A stretch of DNA of 53,445 bases, counting the filler, from Thelocarpon superellum (taxonomy: Eukaryota), in the NCBI GenBank assembly GCA_026025795.1. It is 2 parts of 2 records of this genome, joined end to end, with 100 filler letters (N's around TTAATTAATTAA, not from the genome) between each part and the next. Parts side by side here need not be neighbours in the genome. Positions count along the whole stretch, not along the records: positions 1 to 26,725 come from JAPEUG010000255.1; positions 26,826 to 53,445 come from JAPEUG010000256.1. One strand, 5' to 3'. Within the stretch, counting starts at the first letter, position 1. Each line of letters opens with the position of its first letter. Under the pieces are notes generated by a model that had not been told where the DNA came from, did no database searches, and saw only the letters and a list, made by a program, of their open reading frames with translations. The translations under genes were made by a program, and so were the position numbers. Of the stretch, positions 25,796 through 37,436 are shown piece by piece.

Positions 25796-26725
25796 GTGAA
25801 TCTGCCAGGATGTAGACGCGGTGAGAGTGTCCGGGACCGGGCGAGCGAGATGTGCCCATCCTGCATTGACGCGGGTGGTCATGGCGGGTGTGGTGGGCGT
25901 GTGAGGCTTGGTGGACTATCGTGGCGTCGTGGATCTTCCTTTCCTCTCCTGTGTTTGTATCTGGCCCCGATGAGGTGGATCATCCCACATGTAGCAGACA
26001 TGTCAGGTGAATGCCACGTTGACAGGTAATCATACGAGACCGACGTATCGTAGCGGCGCAAGACTGAAGTGATTCCCGGTGCCAAATGATGGTCTGGTGG
26101 CGATGGGCCATTGGTCTTGGTGCTGGTGCCATCCCACGCTTAGCGTGGTGAGCGAGAGCCGAGCCCATTTCCATTGTCCGTGGTGCGACCAGTGACAGCG
26201 GCGCCCCCCCAAACGTTGCCGGCCGTCTCAAACACGACGGCCCCGGCTCCAGGCCCCCCGGTAGCGATAAGGTGGCGGTCGGGAGCTGCCTCGCAGCATC
26301 GGTGCCCGGGGCCGGCGCGTGCCTTGCATGTAGCCGCGAAACACCCCACCAACCAGCGACAAGAGATCCTCCGCCCGCCACTTGGCCCCCCCCCCTACCC
26401 GTACACATTCCTCCAAGCCTGCGATTGCCGACCGTGGTTCCACGGGGTCGATGTTGGCCCCGCCTTTGTCTCGGCCACTGGGTCGCGCCTTTACCCCTTG
26501 ACCCCATCGAGGTCGGGCCGCGACTGCGACCGTTTCTGCCCTCGTGTGCCACGGACCGTCCGTCTGGCCCCGGTCCGGTCCCACGACCGGTCGTTTCACG
26601 CGTCGGCTTAGACTCGGCCGTGAAAGAGCCAACGCGGGCGTCGAGTGGCGCCGACGCCGGATTCATGGAATTGCGCCGCTGGCACGTCGAAATGACTGGT
26701 GTGCAGACGATGATGGAGGAGCCGC

Positions 26726-26825
26726 NNNNNNNNNNNNNNNNNNNNNNNNNNNNNNNNNNNNNNNNNNNNTTAATTAATTAANNNNNNNNNNNNNNNNNNN
26801 NNNNNNNNNNNNNNNNNNNNNNNNN
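26726..26825. other. artificial contig-join spacer
   Basis: 44 N + TTAATTAATTAA (stop codons in all six frames) + 44 N, totalling exactly 100 bp. Confidence 0.97.
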
Positions 26826-26893
26826 GAGGGGGGGAGAGGGGGGGAGAGGGGGAGAGAGCGAGAGGGAGAGAGCGAGAGGGAGAGAGCGAGAGG
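26826..26893. repeat. GA-rich low-complexity repeat at the contig end
   Basis: GAGGGGGGA and GAGGGAGAGAGCGA units. Confidence 0.85.
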
Positions 26894-27688
26894 GTGTCGT
26901 GTATTCTTATCAGAAGGGCAACAGCGATAGCGGTAGGAATAGGAAGAGGAACAGGATAGGATAGCATTGAACGAACAGGGTGCGGGGCTGTGGCTTACAT
27001 ATTCTTCGGTGGGAAGCATTGTTTGAATTCCATGACTAACCCATTGACGTGCACCTCCACTTGGGTTTTCCCTCTAAGTCTCCCTCTCGCTACCGCCTGT
27101 CAGCTGCGGCGTCGAAGAAGGTCCCCCGGGTTGTTCGGGTGAAGGTGACCCTGTACGAAGCGCAATAGCCCCACCTTTCTCGTTACGCACCACTCATAGC
27201 CAACTGACGTCCTGACGCACGCCGAAAATCTAGGCTGGAATGGGTGGTTCATTCTATGGAAGCTCTCTGTTGTTCTGATATGCAGCTATGGTGGGTCACG
27301 TGCTGCAGCTTAGTCAAAAGCCTCGAGCTCCCGTACGGAGCCTCCACCGTACGACCGTACGCCATACGAATATGACAGTCCTCTCAGTCACCTTCTCACC
27401 AGACAGCAAGCTAGTGGCATCAGCCTCAGGGGACCAGACAGTCAGGCTCTCGGACACCAGCACAGGAGCGCTGCAGCAGACACTGGAGGGCCAATTAGAC
27501 TGGCTCACCTCAGTCACCTTCTCACCAGACGGCAAGCTAGTGGCATCAGCCTCAGGGGACCAGACAGTCAGGCTCTGGGACACCGGACCAGGAGCACTGC
27601 AGCAGACGCTCGATGTTGGCGTGTTTATCAGAACCCTTTCATTCTCTACTCGGGCCAGTATCTTAAAATAGATGGGGGAGTGTTGCAT

Positions 27689-30479
27689 TAGTGCTGGTAA
27701 CGGAATAAATTACCATTTTTTATGTAAGCGTATTAAATGTGTTTAATACAACACCAAATAGTAAAAAACCCCATACAAAATATTTCCCATACAAAATGTA
27801 TGGGGAATATTTAATTTGATATTTATTGATATTTTGTCTTGATTTTTGGATTGACTATGGTGATAGGCAGGAATCAAACCATAGATGCTATAGAATAGAG
27901 TAGGATATCTTACCATTGCACCATGTGGCTGCTAAGATCATGCACAGCTCAATGGAGGAACCATATTGCAGCAGAAGTGGCTCACCCTGTATTGACAGTA
28001 GGCCCCAAATTGCTAGGCCTACTACCATCAGTACCTGTTCTACAATTTTTATATTAGAAACAACAACTCAGGAGCAGCTTGTAAGAGGTCTTGTATTGCT
28101 AGCTAGTTGTATAGTCTAGTCTAGTCATCAGCGCTTCCTGGCACAGCCAGAAGCTTGTGGTAGACCCCCCCCCTCCTCCTGTTCCAACTCAATCAACAAG
28201 CTGGCAAGAGAGTCAGAGAGCTGAGTCTCTTGCTGTTGACTCAGCTCATAGTAAGAAGGCTCAGAAGAGCCTTCTTGATCAGCTGCAGTCTCCTGTGGCA
28301 AGCTACCACAGGAGACTGTGTTAGACCCCCCCCCCCCACTCCCCCCAATCCACCCAATTGCTGCCATAGCCACATCCCCCTCTTCCAATTTGTCCTCAGC
28401 TACTGCTCCACCTGCAACCATCGCCTCATCCTCAAGGTCCAGTATATCCACAGTTGTAAGGTCATTGAATCAAATAGGTGTATCACACCAGGGTCCAAGC
28501 ACTTGGTTGTTTGTATAGATATACTAGAGCATATCTACATGCTTTGTATCCAGGCTATTCCAAAGCTTTGTATAGGTGAGGTTCTGTGTCAAAAAGGCAC
28601 ACTCCAAAGGCACTGAGTTTGCTAGTGTTTTGATTAGTTGTATGGCAAGGCAAGCCAGCACAGGCGTCTGGCTCCAGCACATCTGCTAGAACAGCCAGGG
28701 CTTCTACTGGTCTTTCCAGTAGTCAGAGTCTGCACAGAAGGTGTCCTCCTGGTACTAGAAGGAGAGGAACTGGCCTCAGATATTGTTGTATTGGTCAGGA
28801 TCCACATATTGCTAGAAGATGTCAAGCACTTGGTTTTGTCACTTCAAGTCAAGAGGTTGTGATATCAAGGCTAGATCCATGGCATAGGCAGCCTAGTGGA
28901 GAGGTTGGACCTGCTTCTTGAATTGAAGAGGCTACAAGGAATCTAGGAATTGACAGAGGTGAGGCTAGAGGACAATGCTCAACCAGTTGACTGTCATCTA
29001 GAGGTGTTCCTCAATTGACAGCCAGCGAGGAACAACATTGTGGAGATAGGCTTGTTCACCTTTAGAGCAGACCTGCACAACATGGATAGGGTGGAGGATG
29101 ACCTACAAGTCATCCAATATGCCCCAGAACAGTGGATCAACAATTGTTGAGCACACAATGTTGTTGATCTTCAACACAGGATCTGCAGCAAAGTCCTTCA
29201 ACACCTGGTGATTCTTGTTGAGGCTCTTGATCATCTGTATCTGCAAGCCCCAACAAGTGATGACAGAAGCTAGTAGCACTTGTTGTTTTCTGTAGAGGAG
29301 GACCTGCTTCTCACAAAGAAGCTCATATTGCTGTGGGGCACAGCAGAGGGTGGCAACTATCACAGAGGTGCAGCAGTGGATCAAATGGAGGAAGGGGAGT
29401 TCTAGAAGATCTTTAATTAGCAGCTGCAACCTATGGCTATCACAGGGAACAAAGAAGATGTGATGTAGATCCTTGCAAGATCCAAGCAATCTCCAGATCT
29501 TCTGCATGAGGCCACACATATCTGTAGCCATTGAATTGACTCAATCAAGTCTCCTGTTCATAATGTGTTATAGTTCATTGTGAAGCCACAAGGCATAGTT
29601 GGTTGTGTCCATCTTCTTTACACCAATCACCTCTGATTTCAGGTGGTAGACTCTGCCTAGTGTATGCAGGCAGAGGTTGACAATCTGTTGGAAGTGGACA
29701 TTGGTTGACTTGTCTGTAACAAAGTTGAGTAGGTCTGCTGTCTGGATGCACTTGTCAACTCACAGCTTCGTCTTGTTGTAGTATTGATCCAGGAGTCACA
29801 TTGAAAGTGTGTGCTGGTCTAGAGGGTTGTAAGCTGCATTGAGGGCTGTCAAGAAGGTCTGCATGCTGGGCTTGTGATATAGGGCAAACAGGTGTGTGCC
29901 ACAGTAGACAGCCATTGCTGCAAGACAATCCAGACACTGTTTTGTGGTAGGGGAAATCAATTGAACCACTAGGTGTAGCTGTTGTCCTATAGTACACACT
30001 GCTTCCTCTGTAATGTTGTTCTGTACCTCCTTCTGGGCCATTGCTCAGAGGTAGGCACCACAGCTCTCCAGGTGACATTGTTGACAATCCATATTCTGAG
30101 CCAGCGAATAGGGGCAGAATTTGCATTTGACACACAAGCACTATTTCACCTGATTAGTGTACTGTAACAGGGCTCAGGAAGACCTCACCTTATCACTAGG
30201 AACTCATAGGATAACTGAGAATTTGTTAGAGACATCAGTTGTGCATGGACAGCCCATAGTGGCTTGGAATATTATAGGAATAGTCATGGTGTTGAGGTCA
30301 GGAAGCTCGCTGCTTCAACCCAAGCATAAGAGCCTAACCATAAGTAGTAACTGACTAGCCAAATAGAGCTAGATATCACATGATCTTGGCCAAGTAAAAT
30401 ACCACTAAAATAGGTTTATTACTACACTAGTGGTTTAATACCACGGGCCCGAGTAAATTACGGTAATTTACCAGCACTA
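27689..30479 (-). mobile_element. hAT-superfamily DNA transposon, full length (2791 bp), inactivated
   Basis: 12-bp TIR TAGTGCTGGTAA / TTACCAGCACTA and 8-bp TSD TGTTGCAT (27681-27688 and 30480-30487). AT-rich subterminal repeats (CCATACAAAAT x2). Confidence 0.93.
28128..30287 (-). pseudogene. degenerate hAT transposase
   Basis: BED-finger-like VKCKFCPY...HLESC, FVPCDSHRLQLLIKDLL (CxxH), VITCWG (TRW motif) and ANSVPLECAFL (SERAFS dimerisation motif), with many stops and frameshifts. Confidence 0.85.
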
Positions 30480-31656
30480 TGTTGCATGTGGGCTCTCTTG
30501 AGAGCTCTTGTGAGTCGTTACTGGATTTTCAGAGCAGGTGCGTCTTCTCTTTGTGTCAGATGATTGGATAATGGAGGATGGCATGAGTGTTCTTTAGCCT
30601 CCTCCTGACTTTCGAGCGACTTGCATGGCTAAGTGGAATGGGATGGTTGCGTTGGGACATTCATCGGGAGGTGTTTCGTTTCTCGAATGTGAGGAGGGGT
30701 CAAAGACCTTGTAATCTGGAAGTAGGTAGATGATTTGCGGTGAGATTGTGACAGTTTCCATACGATATAAGAAGAGGAGTGTACACTAGGTAATATATGA
30801 GACAAGAATGATCTATATACACCATACCACGACCCTCATCGTCGTTGTGGTCCTCCACCTCCTCCGTCTCTCCTCCTCGTCTCCATGTCTTCTCGGTTCT
30901 CCTCTTTTCCCTTCCCCTCCCTTTGCTTCGCTTCACTTCACCCCACTCCGTCAATGCTAGGCATCATCGATCATGTCGTCGATCGTGAATTGTTGATCGT
31001 AGAAAAGGGTCATGGAGAGGATATCGTCATCGCATGGTCTTCGTCGTCGTTGCTGCTATTGTTTTCCGTTGATGTTGTTGGTGTTGTAGTAAGTGGTTTT
31101 GGAGATTCGGCTTTGGGGTGTCAGCATCTGTGGCGGTGGCGGCAGCGGCGGTCTGGTCTTCGCGTTGAGATTGTCTCTCCTCTCCTCCTCTCCACCTGCC
31201 TTGTTTTCCTCGCCTGTCCTCGCCTTTCTTGTTATGCTTGGCACGCTTCTTCTCTTTTGATGTGTCTCACTCCATCCAATGAACGCTTCCCAACCAGACC
31301 GATCAACCGAGTAATGAGGTAATCCGACAATCAAACAGCCACCCAGTCAATCAATCAATCACGCCGTCAATTACTCCGTCGTTCGGCGAGTTGGTCATGT
31401 GTACAAACGAATCGGTGCATGCCACCGTACGGATCGTAATCTCCTTTCCTTCTGGACGCTCGGTGAGCGCAGTCAGGGTCGTGCAGAAACCCTGGTGCTT
31501 AGTCCATCGTGAATCTCGTCTCTCCGTCGCTCCATGTGCTTGGATATGCAGGGAAACGTCGTGATTCACGCTCGTCGACGGTCGAAGCGTGGGAAGATGT
31601 GACACCGTTGGTGGATCCGTGCTCAGGTAGATTGAGTATCATTTCAGTGGACGTCC

Positions 31657-34355
31657 TCACGCTTTGATGCTCTGGTTGAGGTTACTTCGCCCCGGACTAT
31701 TTGCCGACTGCTCCTTGCGCAGACTCCGCACCAAGGATTCAAGTCGCCGTCGTTCTTCTTGTTCCGCCTGTCATCGCCATGAGTCAGTGAATTGCCTACT
31801 CAGGAAAGAAAGGGGAGCGGTCGCACCCGTAACGCCTTTACGTTCTCCGCCCGCGTATCGCGCATCATCTTCTTGAACTCGTTCTTCAACACCGTCGTGC
31901 TGGTGCTTTGCGCCGGCGGTCCACCGACGTCGACGCCGTCAACGCCAGGGCTCTTGATGCCCATCCACTTGACGCGCTCGTCGCTGAGTTCCGCCTCGAG
32001 GGTCTCGCATCGGTCGCGGAGGCCGTCGACCGTGCTCTCCAGGGACTCGCGCTCCTTTTCAAACTCGATGATCTGCTTCGTCATGGCCTCGTAGTCGGTG
32101 ATCGTGTCGGAGAGCTCCTGTTGCAGCGTCTGCACGCGTCGCTGTAGATCCGAGCTTCCAGATCCGACGGCGTCGTGGGCGGATTTCAAGGCGGCCACCT
32201 CGGCCGCCAGCGACGCATTGCGCGACCCCAGCTCCTCGAGCTCCTTCTGCATGGCCGGATTGGCGGCCACTTCGGCCGCTCGTTGGGCCCGCGTGCCGTA
32301 CGCGCCGTCCAGCTCGGCCCGGGCCACGGTGACCTCGGTCTGAAGCCGGACGAGCTCGCCCTCGAGCGACTCCATCTCCTTCTGCGTGTCCTGTAGCTGG
32401 CGCGTCTTGTCGTCCAGGGCCTCGCGCAGTTGGCTCTCGTTGTCTCGTGCCTGATGGGCCGATTGAAGATCCCGCTCCAACGACTGGATCTTGGCGCCAT
32501 GCTGCCCCTGCTCATTCCGGGTCTGATCAAGGGCCGCTTGCACGCGTCGCAGCTCCTCCTGGCTCTGCTTCAACTGATTCACGGCGTTGGAGTCATCTTC
32601 GCTGCGGAGCTTCTCCCGTTGCGTCCAGTCACGTCGTGCCGTCTCCAGCCGTTGCATGACCAGACTCAGCTCCTGCCGTGCGTTCATCGCCTCGCGATGC
32701 GACTCATCCAAGGATTGAGCGGAGCGCTCCAGCTCGCGCTCGAGTTCCGTCGCCCGTCCGTCGCGCGCGGCGTCGGACTTGGAGTTCAATTGGCGCTGCT
32801 GCTTGATCTGGCGTCGGAGGATGGCCTTCTGCTCGCGCATCGACGTGGCGCGGGCGTACAGCCATTGGATCTTGGCGGAGAAGGCCTGCAAGGAGTATTG
32901 TTCGTTGGGAATGGGCTCCTCGTCGGGCGACAGATCGCTGTCATCGCCGCGGGGGTCGGGGTTCATCACGCGCGCTTGCCGTTGCTGTCGCTTGCGGGCT
33001 CGGGCTTCTTCCTCGCCCGAGAGGATGATCTCCCACAAGCCGTAGAGGACCGTCTCATACTGATCGGCCTTGACCTGGTGCTCACTGTTCTGGCTGGCGG
33101 CGCTCAGCTGCTGTTCCACCACGGCGACGGTGTCCTTCAGGTACGCCAGATGGGCCGGCAGGGGCTGATCGGACGAGGGCGGCGTTGGCAGTGGCCCTCG
33201 TGATGAGCCGCCGCTTTGATTGATGACGTCGCGCAGCTGGAGGTTGAGCCCCTTGACGCGCTCTTTGGTGCTCTGCTCCGACTGCACCATGCCCACCACG
33301 GCCGTGCTCTGCTGTTTGTCGACCGTCGCCAGACTCTCCTCCAGATAGGCCAGGTGGGCGCGGATGGTGCTCCCCGGCCGCGGAGTCGCACCGTTGGGCT
33401 GCTGCGACGGAGGAGCTTGATAGCTCGACCGGAGCTGCGGGTTCATCTTGACGATCATGTCGCGCAAGCGACCGTTGGCCCGTTCCAACTGCTGCTCGGC
33501 CTCGCCCACCTGCTGGGTCAGCTCGGCCGTCTGTGGGTCGTCCATCGACCCATGTTCGATGTTCCGGTAGAGGCTCCGGTGATCAAAGACGTCCTCGTCG
33601 TGGAGCGGTGGACTCAAGCGAGCGTGGGAGTATGGATATCCGCCGGCGGCACCATCCAAGGGTGGGGGTTGCACGGCGCCATTCGGGTCGTCCTTGAGGA
33701 TGCCCCGGTGCGTCATCTGCAGAATGCCGGCGGTGTGTTGCAGGAGCCGGCGTTGCAGGTCGTTGGCCCGCTTCTCCAGCCTCCACAGCTCCTGGGCCAG
33801 CTCTTCACACTTGCGCTCGCTCGTCAGGAATTCCTCTTCGGCGGAGGAGTCGCTCTTGCGATGGCCGAGGAAGCTTCGACGATGTCTCTGGGGCGAGTCG
33901 GGACCATCGCCGCGGCCCTTCTTGTTGAGGCGGCCGAGCGACTGGGCGGCGTCGCGGACCTTGGACTCCAAGGCCAGCTTGCGATGGGAGGCTTCGATAC
34001 GGTTGTTGAGGAGCGACAGCTCTTTTTTCATCTCGTCGACCTCCTCGTAGGACAGGACCTCGCAGTCTTGTCCGTCGCCCAGGGCCGTCTCGACCAACAG
34101 GTGCATGGCGACCGGGTCGTTGACGTTCAGGAGCGCGGAACTCCGGGGGCGGTTCTTGTTGAAGGGATTGTAGCGGGCGCGATCCTCTTGGGGGGTGCGG
34201 TAGGCGTCCTGATAGCCGTCCAGCAGCACTCTGGTCGGCGGCGGCGGGCTGCTTGGCATGGCGGGTTGGGCCGGGGCCGGAGTCGGGGCCGCAGCGGCAT
34301 ATCGCGACGGGGTCCCATTGCGGTCGGGGCCCCGAAAACCGTTTCCGTTCATCAT
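31657..34355 (-). CDS. Uds1 (up-regulated during septation) domain coiled-coil protein, SPZ-1/UDS1-like
   Basis: DPVAMHLLVETALGD...LSYEEVDEMKKE...LALESKVRDAAQSL...RLLQHTAGILQMTH, long coiled coils, AELDGAYGTRAQRA and LKNEFKKMMRD. Intron 31768-31826 precedes the last exon AEQEERRRLE. Confidence 0.85.
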
Positions 34356-35329
34356 GGTGATGGCGATGACGGGGACGAGGATAAGCGGTGATCCACGCGG
34401 GTCAAGGCTGGTCGGTCGAGCGTGGTGAGTGAGGTCATGGACGCGACCTCACGGCCAGGATCACGGTGGTGCGGCGGTCAGGCGGTCAAGGGCAAGGGGC
34501 AAGGGGGACGAGATGGACGCCCATGGACCGGCAGTGACCAGCAGCGTGTGGAGGGTCATAACAGGATGCACCAGGCGGCGTGCGGATTACGATGGGCGAA
34601 GGACGAGTACAGACTCGAGATGCTTGATCAGTCGTTTTTCGTCGGATCAGGCTGACCGCAGCGCGCGCAGCATTTAATGATGGTTGGGGCTCGCCAGAGT
34701 CAAATTCAGCCCAAAGACAAGCGGCAGCGCACCGCCGTACCACCGCGGTTGGCAGCTGCTAAGTGGTAGCTGAATGCGTGGGCGTGGGCGTGGGCGTGGG
34801 CATATGGCACTAGTACGAGTGCTGTACGGTCACCGTATCGGACTCCGCCGCGGCCACATTGCGTGCAAGAGCGCGTGGGTGCGAGGGGCCTGGCTGAAGC
34901 GAACGGGGGGCCAGGCGCGTCGACTTGCTGCCCGTATGTTACTCAAACTCGTACCGTAACATCGTAGTTGCTGGTTCGCCTCGCTCGCCTCACGCTTCTC
35001 TCTCGTTTCTCTCTCGTTTCTCTCTCGTTACCCTTTTCGTACCTGGCGCGTCGAGAGGACGGGCGCGAGGCGATTGGCCGAGAGGCACGGACAGGCCCGG
35101 GGCCACGGATACCCGGCTCCAGGGGCGATGGTACTCATTACCCGTACTCCGGTGCGGCTCCCACTTCACCCTCTTAGCGCTATCCGTCGAACATTCGACC
35201 TTCTGCCCCGTCTTCTAGTTACGAACGCGGCTGATAGATCGATAAGAGATCGTCGCGATGGATTGTTAGCATCTTCATCTCCAACCCGTCTTCCATCATC
35301 GGCCGCATCCCATTGCCTTTATCTTCTGT

Positions 35330-36904
35330 ATGCACAGGGGAATCTGCCCCGCTTTAACCGCCAACCTTGGCCTCTGGAGGGCGTGGTCGAGGTTACGCTC
35401 GCGGCCAACTCCGTCCCATCTGGCAGCGCGTGTCTCGTCTTTTTCGACGTCGCCGCCCACGCCAAATGGCGATGTTGGCCCAAGCACCGAAGCACCCGTT
35501 GCAAAGTCAGAGGCGAAGGATGCGGCCCACGAGGAGACTCGCAGGGCCATGTCCCAGCGTCTGGAGCAGTTGACCGATGAGTCGCTCGAGCAGGGCGGGC
35601 GCCGTGCGCAACACACGCTCGATGAATCTGGCTTCTCTGACGCATTGAAGAAGCGCCTCGAGGAACGCATCGAAGCATCGCGCTTCAGATCCGATCATGC
35701 CGCCGCCTTCGCCGAGGTAGACATGCCCGAAAGTGCCGGGCGAGGCACTCGTGATCTTGCGGCGGCACCGGCATGGAGTGGCACAGAGAGCACGGAGGAC
35801 TCGGCCCTTCGCATGTTAGTCGACAGCCATCCGCCTGCCAAAGGGACGCGTTCATCGACGGCATCCACTCCAAGCCCGCGCCCCGTTCTAAACGTGCAAG
35901 CGTCTTCCAAGCGCTCTTCAGGTCTTCGTCTAGCCAACGCGCGCGACCGCTCGTCTATCTACGCTCTAGCCAAGGACGCAAGCCTTTCCGACAAGGAACG
36001 AGAGCAGATGAGACGAGACCTGAAGGAGAGATTCGCACCGGGGGCGCGGCCCATGCCCACCACCGTGCAGGGGCTCGCGTCCCTGGCGAACGAGCGCATC
36101 GAGCATGCCATTGCGCGCGGGCAGTTCAAGAATCTTCCGCGCGGCAAGCAGATCGAGCGGGACTACAACGCCAGCAGCCCGTTCCTTGACACGACCGAGT
36201 ACTTTATGAACAAGATCATCCAGAAGCAGGAGATTGTGCCGCCGTGGATCGAGAAGCAGCAGGAACTGGTCCGTGCAGCCAACGTCTTCCGGGGCCGCCT
36301 CCGAGCGGACTGGAAGCGGCATGCTGCCCGGACGATCGCCAGCCGAGGGGGGACCCTACGTGATCAGATGCACAAGGCCGAAGCATACGCCGTGGCCGAG
36401 CGACTTCTCTCTCCCAAATCACACGACCCTGCCGCAACTACTACCACCATGATCACCGCGGTGCCTGACGCCGTCGCTGAACCCACCTCCACCATTCCCT
36501 CCGCCTCCACCTCCACCTCCACCTCTCCGCACACACCCCACCCACCGTTCCGCGACCCAACCTGGGAAACCACCGAACGCTCATATCACACCCTCGCCAT
36601 CAACGAGCTAAACAAGCTAACGCGATCCTACAATCTGATGGCGCCCGAGTTGGCCAAGAAGCCCTATTTCTCCTTGGAGCGCGAACTGCGCGCCTGCTTC
36701 GCCGATGTCGCGCCGCATTTGGCGCTCGAGATTCGTGAGCGTGCTCGCGCCCCGGCCCCACCCCGCCTGGCCGTCGACGAGCGCATCGGCCACAGGCTCG
36801 GCGGCATGCTGGATCGCTTCGCGGGCGATAAGAAGGTGCCGATCTATGAGTCGCCGAGGCCGCACTATGGATTGAAGGAGTTGTGGCGCGACTTTTGGAG
36901 GTGA
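35330..36904 (+). CDS. DUF1992 / DnaJ-C28-conserved-domain protein, probably mitochondrial
   Basis: LANERIEHAIARGQFKNLPRGK...DTTEYFMNKIIQKQEIVPPWIEKQ and LTRSYNLMAP, with an Arg/Ser-rich presequence-like N-terminus. Confidence 0.85.
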   Translation: MHRGICPALTANLGLWRAWSRLRSRPTPSHLAARVSSFSTSPPTPNGDVGPSTEAPVAKSEAKDAAHEETRRAMSQRLEQLTDESLEQGGRRAQHTLDESGFSDALKKRLEERIEASRFRSDHAAAFAEVDMPESAGRGTRDLAAAPAWSGTESTEDSALRMLVDSHPPAKGTRSSTASTPSPRPVLNVQASSKRSSGLRLANARDRSSIYALAKDASLSDKEREQMRRDLKERFAPGARPMPTTVQGLASLANERIEHAIARGQFKNLPRGKQIERDYNASSPFLDTTEYFMNKIIQKQEIVPPWIEKQQELVRAANVFRGRLRADWKRHAARTIASRGGTLRDQMHKAEAYAVAERLLSPKSHDPAATTTTMITAVPDAVAEPTSTIPSASTSTSTSPHTPHPPFRDPTWETTERSYHTLAINELNKLTRSYNLMAPELAKKPYFSLERELRACFADVAPHLALEIRERARAPAPPRLAVDERIGHRLGGMLDRFAGDKKVPIYESPRPHYGLKELWRDFWR

Positions 36905-37436
36905 GAGTGCTGTACATGTACTTCTTTTGTTGCCTCCCTAAGTCCCTGGTCCTTGGTCCCTGGAGCATTACACTTGCTGGCGCCGTGATTCAGACTGCAT
37001 GTTGGCATCCGGGGCGGCACTCGCGACGGTACATGATCAGTTTATAGATAGAGATGTAGATGAAGCCAACGTCGATTTACTCCAGCTGTTCCCGCATCTG
37101 TGTCTCACTCTGAACGCCAAGGGGGAGAGGACGAGGAAGCGAGAGAAGGACAAAGAGCGCGAACGTGGGGCGCCCTAGAGGCACATGAGAGAGAGGTAGG
37201 GAGTAGGTGGCGAGTCAGGAGGAACGAAGAAAGAAAGAGGCGGAGGGAACGTACGGGAACAGAATGTCAACGTCTCGGTCCATGCGAACACTGAAGTGAA
37301 GACGAAGACGAAACAAGCCCATTTTCAGCTGCCCATCATATCCATTTTGGTCGAGCAGCATCAAAATATACCAGTCCCATCCGTAACACGACCATCAGAC
37401 CGGTCATGAGCAGCGCCGACGCACGCGCAATCACCA

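Larger units (their letters stand above)
27372..30714 (+). pseudogene. relic C-terminus of a fungal NLR-type (NACHT-WD40/HET-E-like) gene, split by a hAT insertion
   Basis: Two near-identical 126-bp WD40 units (27383 and 27509; SVTFSPD.KLVASASGDQTVRL.D...GALQQTL). After the transposon the typical tail LFVSDDWIMEDGMSVL*PPPDFRATCMAKWNGMVALGHSSGGVSFLE continues, with a TAG at 30595 where W is expected. No NACHT domain upstream. Confidence 0.85.

Noticed and set aside
26770..26781. TTAATTAATTAA palindrome as a biological site (e.g. piggyBac TTAA target)
   Set aside because: It is flanked by equal N runs and is a six-frame stop linker added during assembly.
27190..27247. Hairpin CCACTCAT-AGCC...GGCT-ATGGGTGG resembling a ribozyme or SECIS element
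   Set aside because: HDV, hammerhead and SECIS core motifs could not be fitted.
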